Shown here: piece by piece, positions 8,208 to 16,754 of the stretch
Position numbering within the stretch: the first letter of the stretch is position 1
Layout: each line of letters starts with the position of its first letter
From: an uncultured delta proteobacterium
Lineage (GTDB): Bacteria; Bdellovibrionota; FAC87; UBA2466
Direction of reading: 5' to 3'
DNA: 64,000 nt
Assembly: GCA_963778115.1 (NCBI GenBank)
Contig: CAVZSV010000004.1
Span: 288,001-352,000 of the forward strand
The notes under the pieces: model-generated
What the model saw: only the letters and a program-made list of their open reading frames with translations
The model's database searches: none
What the model was told of the DNA's origin: nothing
Position numbers and translations under genes: made by a program

Positions 8208-9925
8208 TTCCTTCCTCCTTCACTCTCCACATCGTGCACACAAATATATCGCCGCAATCGCTTATACGGCTCGCTGGCTCGCCAGTCGGCGGATGCGGTC
8301 CCCTCATCAAAGTAAAAGCCTCTTATAATGTCGTTAGGGTTGGGATCGGGTTCGACCATCCAAAAAGATCCCAAGAGTAAGCCAAACTGCTCGAACTTAG
8401 CTGACCATCCGAAAAATCCGTCCCGATTGGCGTCAAACGCTTCTCGAGGAGAGGGCAATCGCCATCCCTTTACCCCCGCCCACGTTAAGCCACGACACAT
8501 TTGTTGAGCGGTTCTCAAGCTGACGTACCCTAAGTCATCGGGCGAGCGGTGCTTGGCGTACTTGGGCTCGTACCGCGGACTCGGGGCCGACCAGACTAAC
8601 TGGCTTCTTCTTCCAATAACCGCACATTCATCTCCAGCTTTTGAGCATTGGTTTTTTTGCCCGTTGGCATCCGTTGAAGCATCTACCCAGTAGAAGTCGT
8701 AATCGTCACGCGTGCACCGGTGCTCATTGAGAGCTTGTTTGTCGAATTCGCGGTATTGGGTGGAAGCCAAGTTGATGGCCCACGCGCGAGTGTCCTTTTG
8801 AGGAGCTCCCAGCCACCAAGGCGAATCAGAAGGTGATGTCGCCGCCCATAAGAACACGTTATTATTTTGTCCAAAACTAGTGACGACTTTCACAACCGCA
8901 TTGATGCGGTCTGAGAGATCAAAGAGTTCGCTAATAGTGGGAAGCCGCCAGTCGGAGTAACCTCCCCAATTCTTAAGGTCCTGACATGCCCCTTTGGTAT
9001 CATCGAAATTTTTAACGATATCTTCGCTCTTTTCCCCCGGAGAGATAGCGCTCCAGTAAATGGGGCCGCGCTTTTTATCTCGAAAGACGCACTGGTCGGT
9101 TTCGTAAATACAGTTCGTCCCGCTTAATCCATCCGGTAACGTACTGTGATCTTCCCAATCTCCCACATCTTGCAAAGCCACTTTGAGATCAGCCTCAATA
9201 AGTTTGATGAGGGGGCTTTCAGGCCCCAACTTATCGTGGATACGTTTGGTAATTTCAAAGAGCCTTCGCTCTTCTTCAGTATCGGCGTCAAAGAAACCGG
9301 GAATGCGCTCGCCACCACGAAGTAAGTAAAGTAACCGTTTTGCCAACTCCTTCTTTTCAAAATTGGCGAGGTTCTTGTGCATAATGACGGAATTTAGCGT
9401 CCCAATGATGGCGTCATCTTGAAGGGCTGAAACTTCCACCGCACTACGAAGCACTTCGTGCATGTACGTCCAGCCCTGTTCTACTAGCGGCATTTTATTC
9501 AACAGCTCTTTATTGATTCGTATGGTCTGGCCGTCATGAAGGGCGACCTGTACGCGCTCAAAGGTCAAAATCAAGTCGGTCTGAGGTGCTTCTAACTGTT
9601 TCTTCAACTCCGCATTCACCAAATACCATGTCGGGTTAATCCCTCGTTTGAACAAGGTCTCAAGCCGATGGCCGAGTCTAGGAAGCTTGCCTTTTAAGAT
9701 CGTAAGCTGAGGTTCGATTATCTTGATATACGCTGGCTGCTCGGTGGGTAAAATCTCCTCTGAGTTAGTCACTTTGTCCCAGAGCTGTACTTCGTTACCC
9801 AACTCCAAAGCCCCTAGTAGCTTAATCCTTAATCCAAGCGCTCCTTTGGATTCCTGTCCTCCAAAAGCTTCGGGGAACGACATTGAAACCATAAGAATCG
9901 TTACTAGCCACAGAGTACGCATCAC
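8204..9925 (-). CDS. Secreted protein: N-terminal HE-motif helical domain plus tandem DUF1566 domains
   Basis: Signal peptide; WTYMHEVLR; CQDLKNWGGYSDWRLPTISEL and CRGLTWAGVKGWRLPSPRE; terminal YICVH. Confidence 0.8.
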   Translation of the reverse strand: MMRTLWLVTILMVSMSFPEAFGGQESKGALGLRIKLLGALELGNEVQLWDKVTNSEEILPTEQPAYIKIIEPQLTILKGKLPRLGHRLETLFKRGINPTWYLVNAELKKQLEAPQTDLILTFERVQVALHDGQTIRINKELLNKMPLVEQGWTYMHEVLRSAVEVSALQDDAIIGTLNSVIMHKNLANFEKKELAKRLLYLLRGGERIPGFFDADTEEERRLFEITKRIHDKLGPESPLIKLIEADLKVALQDVGDWEDHSTLPDGLSGTNCIYETDQCVFRDKKRGPIYWSAISPGEKSEDIVKNFDDTKGACQDLKNWGGYSDWRLPTISELFDLSDRINAVVKVVTSFGQNNNVFLWAATSPSDSPWWLGAPQKDTRAWAINLASTQYREFDKQALNEHRCTRDDYDFYWVDASTDANGQKNQCSKAGDECAVIGRRSQLVWSAPSPRYEPKYAKHRSPDDLGYVSLRTAQQMCRGLTWAGVKGWRLPSPREAFDANRDGFFGWSAKFEQFGLLLGSFWMVEPDPNPNDIIRGFYFDEGTASADWRASEPYKRLRRYICVHDVESEGGRK

Positions 9926-10755
9926 GCGCTCCTTTTCTTATTGCCTGAAGTGTCAGGTGAATGATGGGGCAACATCTGAGTCTTTTGGGTCAGAGGAAAT
10001 AAAGCCACGACTAATTGGTAAACCTCTTCTTTGGAGTCCCCACTTTCCAACAGTTCCATAAGCGAGCGACGGAACTTGCGGACCATGGCTTCGGCCTCGG
10101 GAAATTTTTCCATATTAATCGCCATCGTAACTCCGGAATTTTCTCTAAGTTCAAGCGGGACCACATCGATCGCATCAAGCGCTTTTTGCAAGACCTGTTT
10201 TTGGAATAGCCGAGCCGCGGAGGTTCGATAACTCTCCCCCGGCTCGGCTATGGTATGGTTGGTCTGGGTTGGTTTAATATTTCCTTGTTCGTCTCGTTCG
10301 ATCATTTGCAAACGTTCCAGACGTTCCAAAGCGGCGTTCGTTTCGTTGACCGAAATTCCTAAAGCACGGCTGATCCAGCGAACGTCTGACTTAAAAGTGT
10401 TTACTCGAGTCAATTCCAAAATCGCGTAGTGGTACCAGTCGGCTATCGTTTGGAAAGCGTCGCAGGAGAGGCTTTCGAATGATGAACTGGCAAGGGCTTC
10501 AGCGTTTTGTTTTTCTAAGAGTTGCTTCATCTGCTGCGGTCCCAATCCTAAGCGGTGGCCGAGCCGAGATTGCATGGCGGGGGTGAGGCGTCTTTTCCCC
10601 CGAAGAATTTTGGAGAGCGCTGAAGGTTCTACTTCAAGGCTTTTAGCGAAGGCGCGTAAGGAATAGCGCGGGTTCTTTCGATACCGCTTCACCAGCTCGT
10701 TCTGTAAATGTTCTCGCAACGTCGACAACGGTCTTTCTCCCAAGTGATGCCCCAC
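9922..10755 (-). CDS. TIGR02147 family protein (XRE-type HTH + DUF4423)
   Basis: KNPRYSLRAFAKSLEVEPSALSKILRGKR HTH, plus IADWYHYAILEL and EVYQLVVALFPLT. Likely GTG start at 10755 behind an AAGGA RBS; the ORF track extends it to 10836. Confidence 0.9.
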   Translation of the reverse strand: MGHHLGERPLSTLREHLQNELVKRYRKNPRYSLRAFAKSLEVEPSALSKILRGKRRLTPAMQSRLGHRLGLGPQQMKQLLEKQNAEALASSSFESLSCDAFQTIADWYHYAILELTRVNTFKSDVRWISRALGISVNETNAALERLERLQMIERDEQGNIKPTQTNHTIAEPGESYRTSAARLFQKQVLQKALDAIDVVPLELRENSGVTMAINMEKFPEAEAMVRKFRRSLMELLESGDSKEEVYQLVVALFPLTQKTQMLPHHSPDTSGNKKRSA

Positions 10756-10782
10756 GTCTAACTCATCCTTTTTTTCTGCACA

Positions 10783-10821
10783 AGACACAAAAGCAACATT
10801 ACGTGTCTCCAAAAGGACACG
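10783..10821. promoter_or_regulatory. Overlapping GACAC/GTGTC inverted half-sites upstream of the TIGR02147 gene (candidate operator)
   Basis: AGACAC 10783-88, CGTGTCT 10802-08 and GACACG 10816-21, in the divergent intergenic region. Confidence 0.4.
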
Positions 10822-10914
10822 CTTCTTTCCTGCCAATCAAGTCCCTAAAAAAATTAAGGTTTCTCTAAGTTTTTGATGTACCTCAGAAACGGGTATGGCT
10901 TAAAATGCGGCCTT

Positions 10915-11400
10915 ATGACAAATCAAAAAGGGCTCTGTAGTTTAGGCGGAATCAAATGTCGGGTCGACCTGTGGTCCAAGAAAATGCTTTGGCTACCTCC
11001 CCTTTTAGGACGCCTTTCCATGGCCGCGATCTTCGTCCCTTCCGGCTGGGGAAAACTTCACAATCTAGATTCGGTAATAAAATTTTTTACGGAATTGGGT
11101 ATTCCGTTTCCGCAGTATCAAGCGCCGTTTGTCGCCGGTGTGGAATTTTTCTTTGGGGCTTTGTTGCTATTGGGTTTACTGACCCGCTTTGCTACCCTCC
11201 CGCTCATTATTTCCATGGTGGTCGCGATTATCACCGCTAAGAAGGATGACATTCATTCGATTGTGGATTTACTCGCGGTCGATGAGTACCTCTACATTGT
11301 CATCCTCGTAGGGCTTCTCGTCTGGGGTGCCGGTTGCCTTTCGCTGGATCATTTACTCTGCAGGAAAGGCACTAAAGACGCAACGCAAGGCAACGCGTAG
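10915..11400 (+). CDS. DoxX family membrane protein (BufD-like)
   Basis: R..MAAIFVPSGWGKL, FFTELGIPFP, EFFFGALLLLGLLTR and GAGCLSLD are typical of DoxX. Confidence 0.9.
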   Translation: MTNQKGLCSLGGIKCRVDLWSKKMLWLPPLLGRLSMAAIFVPSGWGKLHNLDSVIKFFTELGIPFPQYQAPFVAGVEFFFGALLLLGLLTRFATLPLIISMVVAIITAKKDDIHSIVDLLAVDEYLYIVILVGLLVWGAGCLSLDHLLCRKGTKDATQGNA

Positions 11401-11504
11401 CCCTTAAATTTATTCACGAACTACTTGTTTGAGGGCATTTTGCTGTAGTAGTATCTCTATCGTTCGTAAATAAAAACAACCCAGATACATCAGGGGGATC
11501 CTAA

Positions 11505-11792
11505 ATGAATAAGACAACACAGAACCTATTGATCGGTGCTGCCATCGTCAGCATCTTCAGCGTCGGTGGACTTTCTACCACTGCTTTCGCCAAGCACAAG
11601 AACACCTTCAAATGCGAAGGTGGTAATGCTTGCAAAGGCCACGGTGCTTGCGGCGAAGCCAAAGGCAAGAACGCCTGCAAAGGTCAGGGCATGGCGATGG
11701 TAAAAGACGAAAAGGCATGTGATGCCGCTAAGGCCAAGAACGCACCTGCCGCTGAAAAGCCGGCCGAGGCTCCAGCCGCCGAAACGAAGTAA
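11505..11792 (+). CDS. Exported Cys-rich RiPP precursor, bufferin BufA2-like
   Basis: Sec signal ending AFA; core KCEGGNACKGHGACGEAKGKNACKGQG...KAC; Ala/Pro/Glu tail; directly upstream of DUF692. Confidence 0.85.
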   Translation: MNKTTQNLLIGAAIVSIFSVGGLSTTAFAKHKNTFKCEGGNACKGHGACGEAKGKNACKGQGMAMVKDEKACDAAKAKNAPAAEKPAEAPAAETK

Positions 11793-11804
11793 TTAGGTTC
11801 TTAG

Positions 11805-12743
11805 ATGTCGCCTAGCGAGAAGTTTGCGGCCGAAAAGTTCTTTCCCAGCTTGGGAATGGGTATCGGGTTACGCAGCTCTCACTATGCCCACATTTTATCG
11901 ACACTTCCCGCGATCTCTTGGTTTGAAGCCATCTCGGAAAACTACATGGGGATCGCGGGAGGGTCGGGTGGGCGCCCTCTCCAAACTCTCGAACAGATTA
12001 GAAGCCATTACCCCGTCGTCCTCCATGGTGTTTCCCTATCGATAGGCTCGACCGATCCTCTAAGTTACGATTATTTGGCTAGGCTTAAATCCCTGATGCA
12101 ACGGATCGACCCCTCTTGGATCTCCGATCATCTTTGTTGGACAGGGGTGGAAGGAACTAATCTTCACGATTTGCTTCCTCTGCCCTATACCCAGGAAGCC
12201 ATCAAACACGTTGCGGACCGCATATCGGAAGTTCAAGACTATTTAGGACGACGAATTCTTATCGAAAATGTTTCTAGTTACTTAACTTATCGCCATTCGG
12301 AAATGAGTGAATGGGAGTTTATCGCTGAGATCGTCAAGCGCGCTGGCTGCGGAATTTTACTCGATGTGAATAACATCTATGTCAGCGCCGTAAACCATTC
12401 TTTTGATCCGGAAACTTTCTTAAACGGGATTCCCGTGGGAAGCGTCGGTCAGTTTCATCTGGCGGGCCATTCAAATATGGGTACCCATCTTATTGATACT
12501 CACGATCATCTCGTCTGTGACGAGGTATGGCAGCTTTACGAAAAAGCCGTGAGACGTTTTGGTTTGGTTAGTACTTTACTCGAATGGGATGACAAGATTC
12601 CCGAATTTAGCGTTCTCGAAGAAGAGACTGAACGCGCCCGAGTAGTAGCAGAAAAGGCACTTGATAATGATGGTTCCTACAGACAATCGCCCCTCCCTTG
12701 GAAATCTCCAAAGGTGGATGCGCTGGATAATCACCGATCCTAG
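11805..12743 (+). CDS. MNIO / DUF692 family multinuclear non-heme iron oxidative enzyme (BufB-like)
   Basis: GIGLR, ENYM, HGVSLSIG, SDHLCW, HDLLP, ENVSSY, LDVNNIYV, HLAGH, IDTHD and LEWD motifs. Confidence 0.95.
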   Translation: MSPSEKFAAEKFFPSLGMGIGLRSSHYAHILSTLPAISWFEAISENYMGIAGGSGGRPLQTLEQIRSHYPVVLHGVSLSIGSTDPLSYDYLARLKSLMQRIDPSWISDHLCWTGVEGTNLHDLLPLPYTQEAIKHVADRISEVQDYLGRRILIENVSSYLTYRHSEMSEWEFIAEIVKRAGCGILLDVNNIYVSAVNHSFDPETFLNGIPVGSVGQFHLAGHSNMGTHLIDTHDHLVCDEVWQLYEKAVRRFGLVSTLLEWDDKIPEFSVLEEETERARVVAEKALDNDGSYRQSPLPWKSPKVDALDNHRS

Positions 12744-13539
12744 AGGGGTAGCTCCAGCCCTTCGCGGAGAGCACGCGCAAAGCGCGTGTTTAGAGGAGCC
12801 GCTCCCGCGGCTTCTAGAAGAGATCGTAGATCAACCCCCTTTGAAACCGAATGACAGATTGGATATCTACGCTATCGGATACCTTTCCCGAATCGTCGAA
12901 GCGATGGCAGGAGATATGGAAACCGTGAGCCGGGCGCTTGGCGAGGCGAAATTTCACCGTCTGGTAGACGACTATCTGAGATCGTTCCCTTCAAAAACAT
13001 TTACCGTCTGCGACATCGGCGCTCATTTGAGTCAGTTTATTCGCGCAAGCGCTTGGAACGAGCAATACCCTTTCCTTGCCGATTTGGCCCGACTGGACTG
13101 GCTCGCTCAACAATCCTATTTCGCTGACGATTCCAAACCTTTCGATACCAACTCCTTAAATAGCCGTACTCCCGAAGATTGGAACACAGCGATATTTCTA
13201 CTGGCTCCTTCGGTGGGTTTGGTGGCGAGCGATTGGTCTCTCAGCCGAATTTGGGGAAAGCGCGAATACTGCAGCCAGACGATTCGAGAGCAAGTAAAAG
13301 CTTCGCCCGAAAAAATAATGGTCTACCGCGACGGCGAATTTGACGTCTGCCTCGAGTTATTGGACGAAATCAGTTATTCTTTTATTTCACAGCTAAAAGC
13401 GGGAAAGTCTCTGCTAGAGGCGACCGAATTCTTGACACTGGTTTCAAAGTTCAATGTCGACCAAGTGCAGCAATGCTTTTGCGAATCCTTGGGTCCGTGG
13501 GTAGCCCAAGGCATCATCTCCGACATTCGTTTTCCCTAA
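12667..13539 (+). CDS. DUF2063 MNIO partner protein (BufC-like)
   Basis: RLDIYAIGYLSR, LGEAKFHRLVDDYLRSFPS and PFLADLARLDW; follows DUF692. Start codon is approximate. Confidence 0.85.
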   Translation: MMVPTDNRPSLGNLQRWMRWIITDPRGVAPALRGEHAQSACLEEPLPRLLEEIVDQPPLKPNDRLDIYAIGYLSRIVEAMAGDMETVSRALGEAKFHRLVDDYLRSFPSKTFTVCDIGAHLSQFIRASAWNEQYPFLADLARLDWLAQQSYFADDSKPFDTNSLNSRTPEDWNTAIFLLAPSVGLVASDWSLSRIWGKREYCSQTIREQVKASPEKIMVYRDGEFDVCLELLDEISYSFISQLKAGKSLLEATEFLTLVSKFNVDQVQQCFCESLGPWVAQGIISDIRFP

Positions 13540-13552
13540 GAAAGGGCCATTC

Positions 13553-15358
13553 ATGCGGATTCACCGTTCTCTCGCTATAGCGTTGCTATGCCTAATTTCG
13601 TTTTCGATAAACTCCATGGCCGATCCTTCATCGACCAAAAAGTCTGAAATCAAATGGGTCGGATGGTCAGAGGACATTTTTAAGAAAGCTCAAAAAGAGA
13701 ATAAATTAGTCATTTTGGATCTGCAAGCCATTTGGTGCCATTGGTGCCACGTGATGGATGCGCAAACTTATAGCAATCCGAAAATAATCGATATTATGAA
13801 GTCTCATTTTATCGCGGTGAAAGTAGATCAAGATTCGCGGCCCGACCTTTCTAACCGGTATGAAGAGTACGGGTGGCCGGCAACCATTATTTTCTCTTCC
13901 ACAGGACAAGAGTTGGCTAAACGATCCGGATACATCCCACCTGAGCAAATGTTTTCCCTTCTAGACGCTGTCGTGAAAGATCCGACACCGGGCCCTTCGG
14001 TCGAACCCCCCAAGAAAATTGAGGTTGCGGAAAACGGACTTCTCTCTGCTCAAAATCGCGCTGAACTTCAAAAGAGTTTTAACTTTCAATACGATACCAA
14101 ATACGGAGGCTGGGATTACGGGCATAAGTACGTTCAGGCCGATTCGGTCGAATGGGCTTTGACGCAAACGGAAAAGGGAGACGAAGATGCCGAAAAGAAA
14201 GCTAACGACACTTTGCAACTCGGCAATAAACTTATCGATCCTGTTTGGGGAGGCATCTATCAGTATTCAGTAGATGGATGGGATGAACCCCATTTCGAAA
14301 AGATCATGTCTTACCAAGCCGACGCGATTCGGATTTACTCCTTGGCCTATGCCCAAACTAAAAATCAGGACTATTTAAAAACCGCTCAGGCCGTGCATAC
14401 GTTTTTAGAGAATTTCCTCACCAGTCCGGAAGGAGCATTTTACACAAGCCAAAATGCCGATCTCGTGGATGGAGTTCACTCGGGGGAATACTTTAAATTA
14501 GATGATAAAGCACGACGAGCAAAAGGGACTCCTCGCGTCGATAAGAATTCCTACGGGAGAGAAAACGGCTGGGCGATTTCATCACTCGTGGCTCTTTCCA
14601 TGGTAACTCACGATGCGACTCCTCTTAATGAAGCCGTTACCGCCGCTGAGTGGATTCAAAAAAATAGGGCGCTTCCCGCCGGAGGGTTTCGTCACGACAA
14701 CAAAGATGGAAAACGTCTGTACTTAGGCGACTCGCTTTACATGGCAAATGCATTCTTGCAGCTCTACTCCGCCACAGCCGATCGCAAATGGCTCGCCAAA
14801 GCGGAGAAGACCGCCGACTTCGTCCGGTCTCACTTTTCGTTCAAAGATGAATCGGGAAAAACTGGAGGTTTTGTCACTGGAGAAAATCCGACGGCAAAAC
14901 TCTTTGTTCCTCAGCCCCAAAGAGATGAAAACGTCACGGCCGCAAGATTTTTCAACTTGCTCGCCCAATACTCTGGCAAAAAAGAGTATAAGGACGCTTC
15001 CGATCAAGCGATGCGCTATCTCGTCTCTAAAGTCGCTTTGGAAACCCCCTTTGCCGCCAGTATCCTCATTGCGGATTACGAAACCACTCATGCCCCACTT
15101 CACTTGACTATCGTAGGCTCGAAAAAAGATTCAGTAGCCTCCGAACTTTTCACCAAAGCTCTTGAATTTCCTGGTTCTTACAAAAGAATCGAATGGTTAG
15201 ATCGCGCTGAAGGAAGTTTGCCTAATCCCGACGTCCAGTATCCGACACTGGAAAGGCCCGCAGCCTTCATCTGTTCCAGCAATCGCTGTTCTAGACCCAT
15301 CTTTAATCCAGACGATATCGCGCCTCAGATCCGTAAGATTGCAAACACCGCATCTTAA
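13553..15358 (+). CDS. Exported thioredoxin-domain protein, DUF255/YyaL (SSP411-like)
   Basis: Signal peptide; WCHWCHVMD; KVDQDSRPDL; GWPATI; DPVWGGIYQYS; PHFEKIM; C-terminal AFICSSNRCSRPI. Confidence 0.88.
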   Translation: MRIHRSLAIALLCLISFSINSMADPSSTKKSEIKWVGWSEDIFKKAQKENKLVILDLQAIWCHWCHVMDAQTYSNPKIIDIMKSHFIAVKVDQDSRPDLSNRYEEYGWPATIIFSSTGQELAKRSGYIPPEQMFSLLDAVVKDPTPGPSVEPPKKIEVAENGLLSAQNRAELQKSFNFQYDTKYGGWDYGHKYVQADSVEWALTQTEKGDEDAEKKANDTLQLGNKLIDPVWGGIYQYSVDGWDEPHFEKIMSYQADAIRIYSLAYAQTKNQDYLKTAQAVHTFLENFLTSPEGAFYTSQNADLVDGVHSGEYFKLDDKARRAKGTPRVDKNSYGRENGWAISSLVALSMVTHDATPLNEAVTAAEWIQKNRALPAGGFRHDNKDGKRLYLGDSLYMANAFLQLYSATADRKWLAKAEKTADFVRSHFSFKDESGKTGGFVTGENPTAKLFVPQPQRDENVTAARFFNLLAQYSGKKEYKDASDQAMRYLVSKVALETPFAASILIADYETTHAPLHLTIVGSKKDSVASELFTKALEFPGSYKRIEWLDRAEGSLPNPDVQYPTLERPAAFICSSNRCSRPIFNPDDIAPQIRKIANTAS

Positions 15359-15377
15359 AATAGGGGGATAGAAATCG

Positions 15378-15635
15378 CTATGGGGCAGAGCCGCCGAAAC
15401 CGCCGCCCCCGCTATTACCACTACCGGTGTAGGGGACGTCGTAAGTATAAGACCCGCGGCCACCTCCGCCCTCTTGGGCGCTTGCTGAGGTATTACCTTC
15501 TTCATCGGCCCCCACTCGTCGCTCTCCTTCCGGCTGAGAATACTCCGCTTCTCTAACCATCCGGTGACAATCGGTATGCGCATACGTCGACACACTGACA
15601 AAACTAAAAAATACCGACACAAAAATTAATTTCAT
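15378..15635 (-). CDS. Small secreted Gly/Ser-rich hypothetical protein
   Basis: Signal peptide MKLIFVSVFFSFVSVSTYA with AAAGG RBS upstream; low-complexity mature part. Confidence 0.65.
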   Translation of the reverse strand: MKLIFVSVFFSFVSVSTYAHTDCHRMVREAEYSQPEGERRVGADEEGNTSASAQEGGGGRGSYTYDVPYTGSGNSGGGGFGGSAP

Positions 15636-15719
15636 AGGTACCTTTCCGACGAATAGTTCTTAGCCATACGATGGATTGACCCAGCGAGTCAATGCGAAAG
15701 GAGGAATGTCAGAAACAAT

Positions 15720-16733
15720 TTAGGCAGCTTCTTTATAGGTCTGAGAATGGCCCAGAAACCAGTCCACATAACGCCTTAGCCCTTCGGCGAAAGAGACTTT
15801 CGGTGAATATCCCAACAGGTCTTGAGATTTGGAAAGGTCCGCACATTCCCGATTCGTCTCCGCGAGGAAGGCCGGTTTTGTTTCACACGTAACCGCAAGA
15901 CCAGTCGCGGTTTCGATGCAAGTGACCAGCTCCTTTAGCGAGGTCTCTTTGGAAGTGCCCAGATTGAAAATTTCAAAGGTCCCTTTTGAGGCGTCCCGCA
16001 AAAAGTCTAAGCCAGCAATAATCCCGTCCACTACATCCGAGACATAGGTAAAATCACGGCTACTGGTTCCGTCTCCGAAGAGTGGAACAACAATCCCTTC
16101 GGAAGCCGACCAACAAAACAACCTAATCGCTTGGTCAGGCCTTTGCCTAGGTCCGAACACTGAAAAGAGACGAACAGACGCGACCTTCATTCCATGAGCG
16201 AAAGCATATTCATGACACACTAATTCGCAGGCTCTCTTTGTGGCGGCATAAGGCGATTGCGGTTGATCGGCGGGAGCGCTCTCCTTAAAAGGCAATGGCG
16301 TATCCGCTCCATACACCGAAGCGCTTGAACCGAATACGAATTGGGAAACCATTCGCTCCTTTGCGAAGGCTAGCGTCTTAAGCGTTCCGTCCAGATTATT
16401 ACTAATGGCCATGGGCCAATTTCCAAGCGAAGTTCGGGATCCCGCGCGCGCAGCCAAGTGAATGACGGAATCAAAATGATCACTCGGACAAAAAGAGGTA
16501 TCCAGATCGCGGACATCTTTCTCATGAAATTCAAACGGAGTAGCCACCTGCTGTGAGATTCGTTGCAAATCACGAACATTGGCCTCTTTGAAATAACGCT
16601 CGTAGTGGTTGTCAAAATTATCTACCCCAACCACCGATACACCCTCTCTAAGAAGCCTCTCGATGGTATGGAACCCGATGAACCCCGCTGCCCCCGTCAC
16701 GAGAATAGGATTTGTCCGAGCTCTCTTATTCAT
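15720..16733 (-). CDS. NAD-dependent epimerase/dehydratase (UDP-glucuronate 4-epimerase-like)
   Basis: GAAGFIG, HLAARAG, YAATK, FGPRQRPD and RDFTYVSD motifs. Confidence 0.9.
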   Translation of the reverse strand: MNKRARTNPILVTGAAGFIGFHTIERLLREGVSVVGVDNFDNHYERYFKEANVRDLQRISQQVATPFEFHEKDVRDLDTSFCPSDHFDSVIHLAARAGSRTSLGNWPMAISNNLDGTLKTLAFAKERMVSQFVFGSSASVYGADTPLPFKESAPADQPQSPYAATKRACELVCHEYAFAHGMKVASVRLFSVFGPRQRPDQAIRLFCWSASEGIVVPLFGDGTSSRDFTYVSDVVDGIIAGLDFLRDASKGTFEIFNLGTSKETSLKELVTCIETATGLAVTCETKPAFLAETNRECADLSKSQDLLGYSPKVSFAEGLRRYVDWFLGHSQTYKEAA

Positions 16734-16754
16734 ATATGCCGTTCCTTTCACCAA

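Noticed and set aside
5131..9925. Diversity-generating retroelement targeting the C-type-lectin-like genes
   Set aside because: There is no reverse transcriptase, no accessory gene and no template repeat differing at adenines from any gene 3' end in this window. A remote DGR cannot be excluded.
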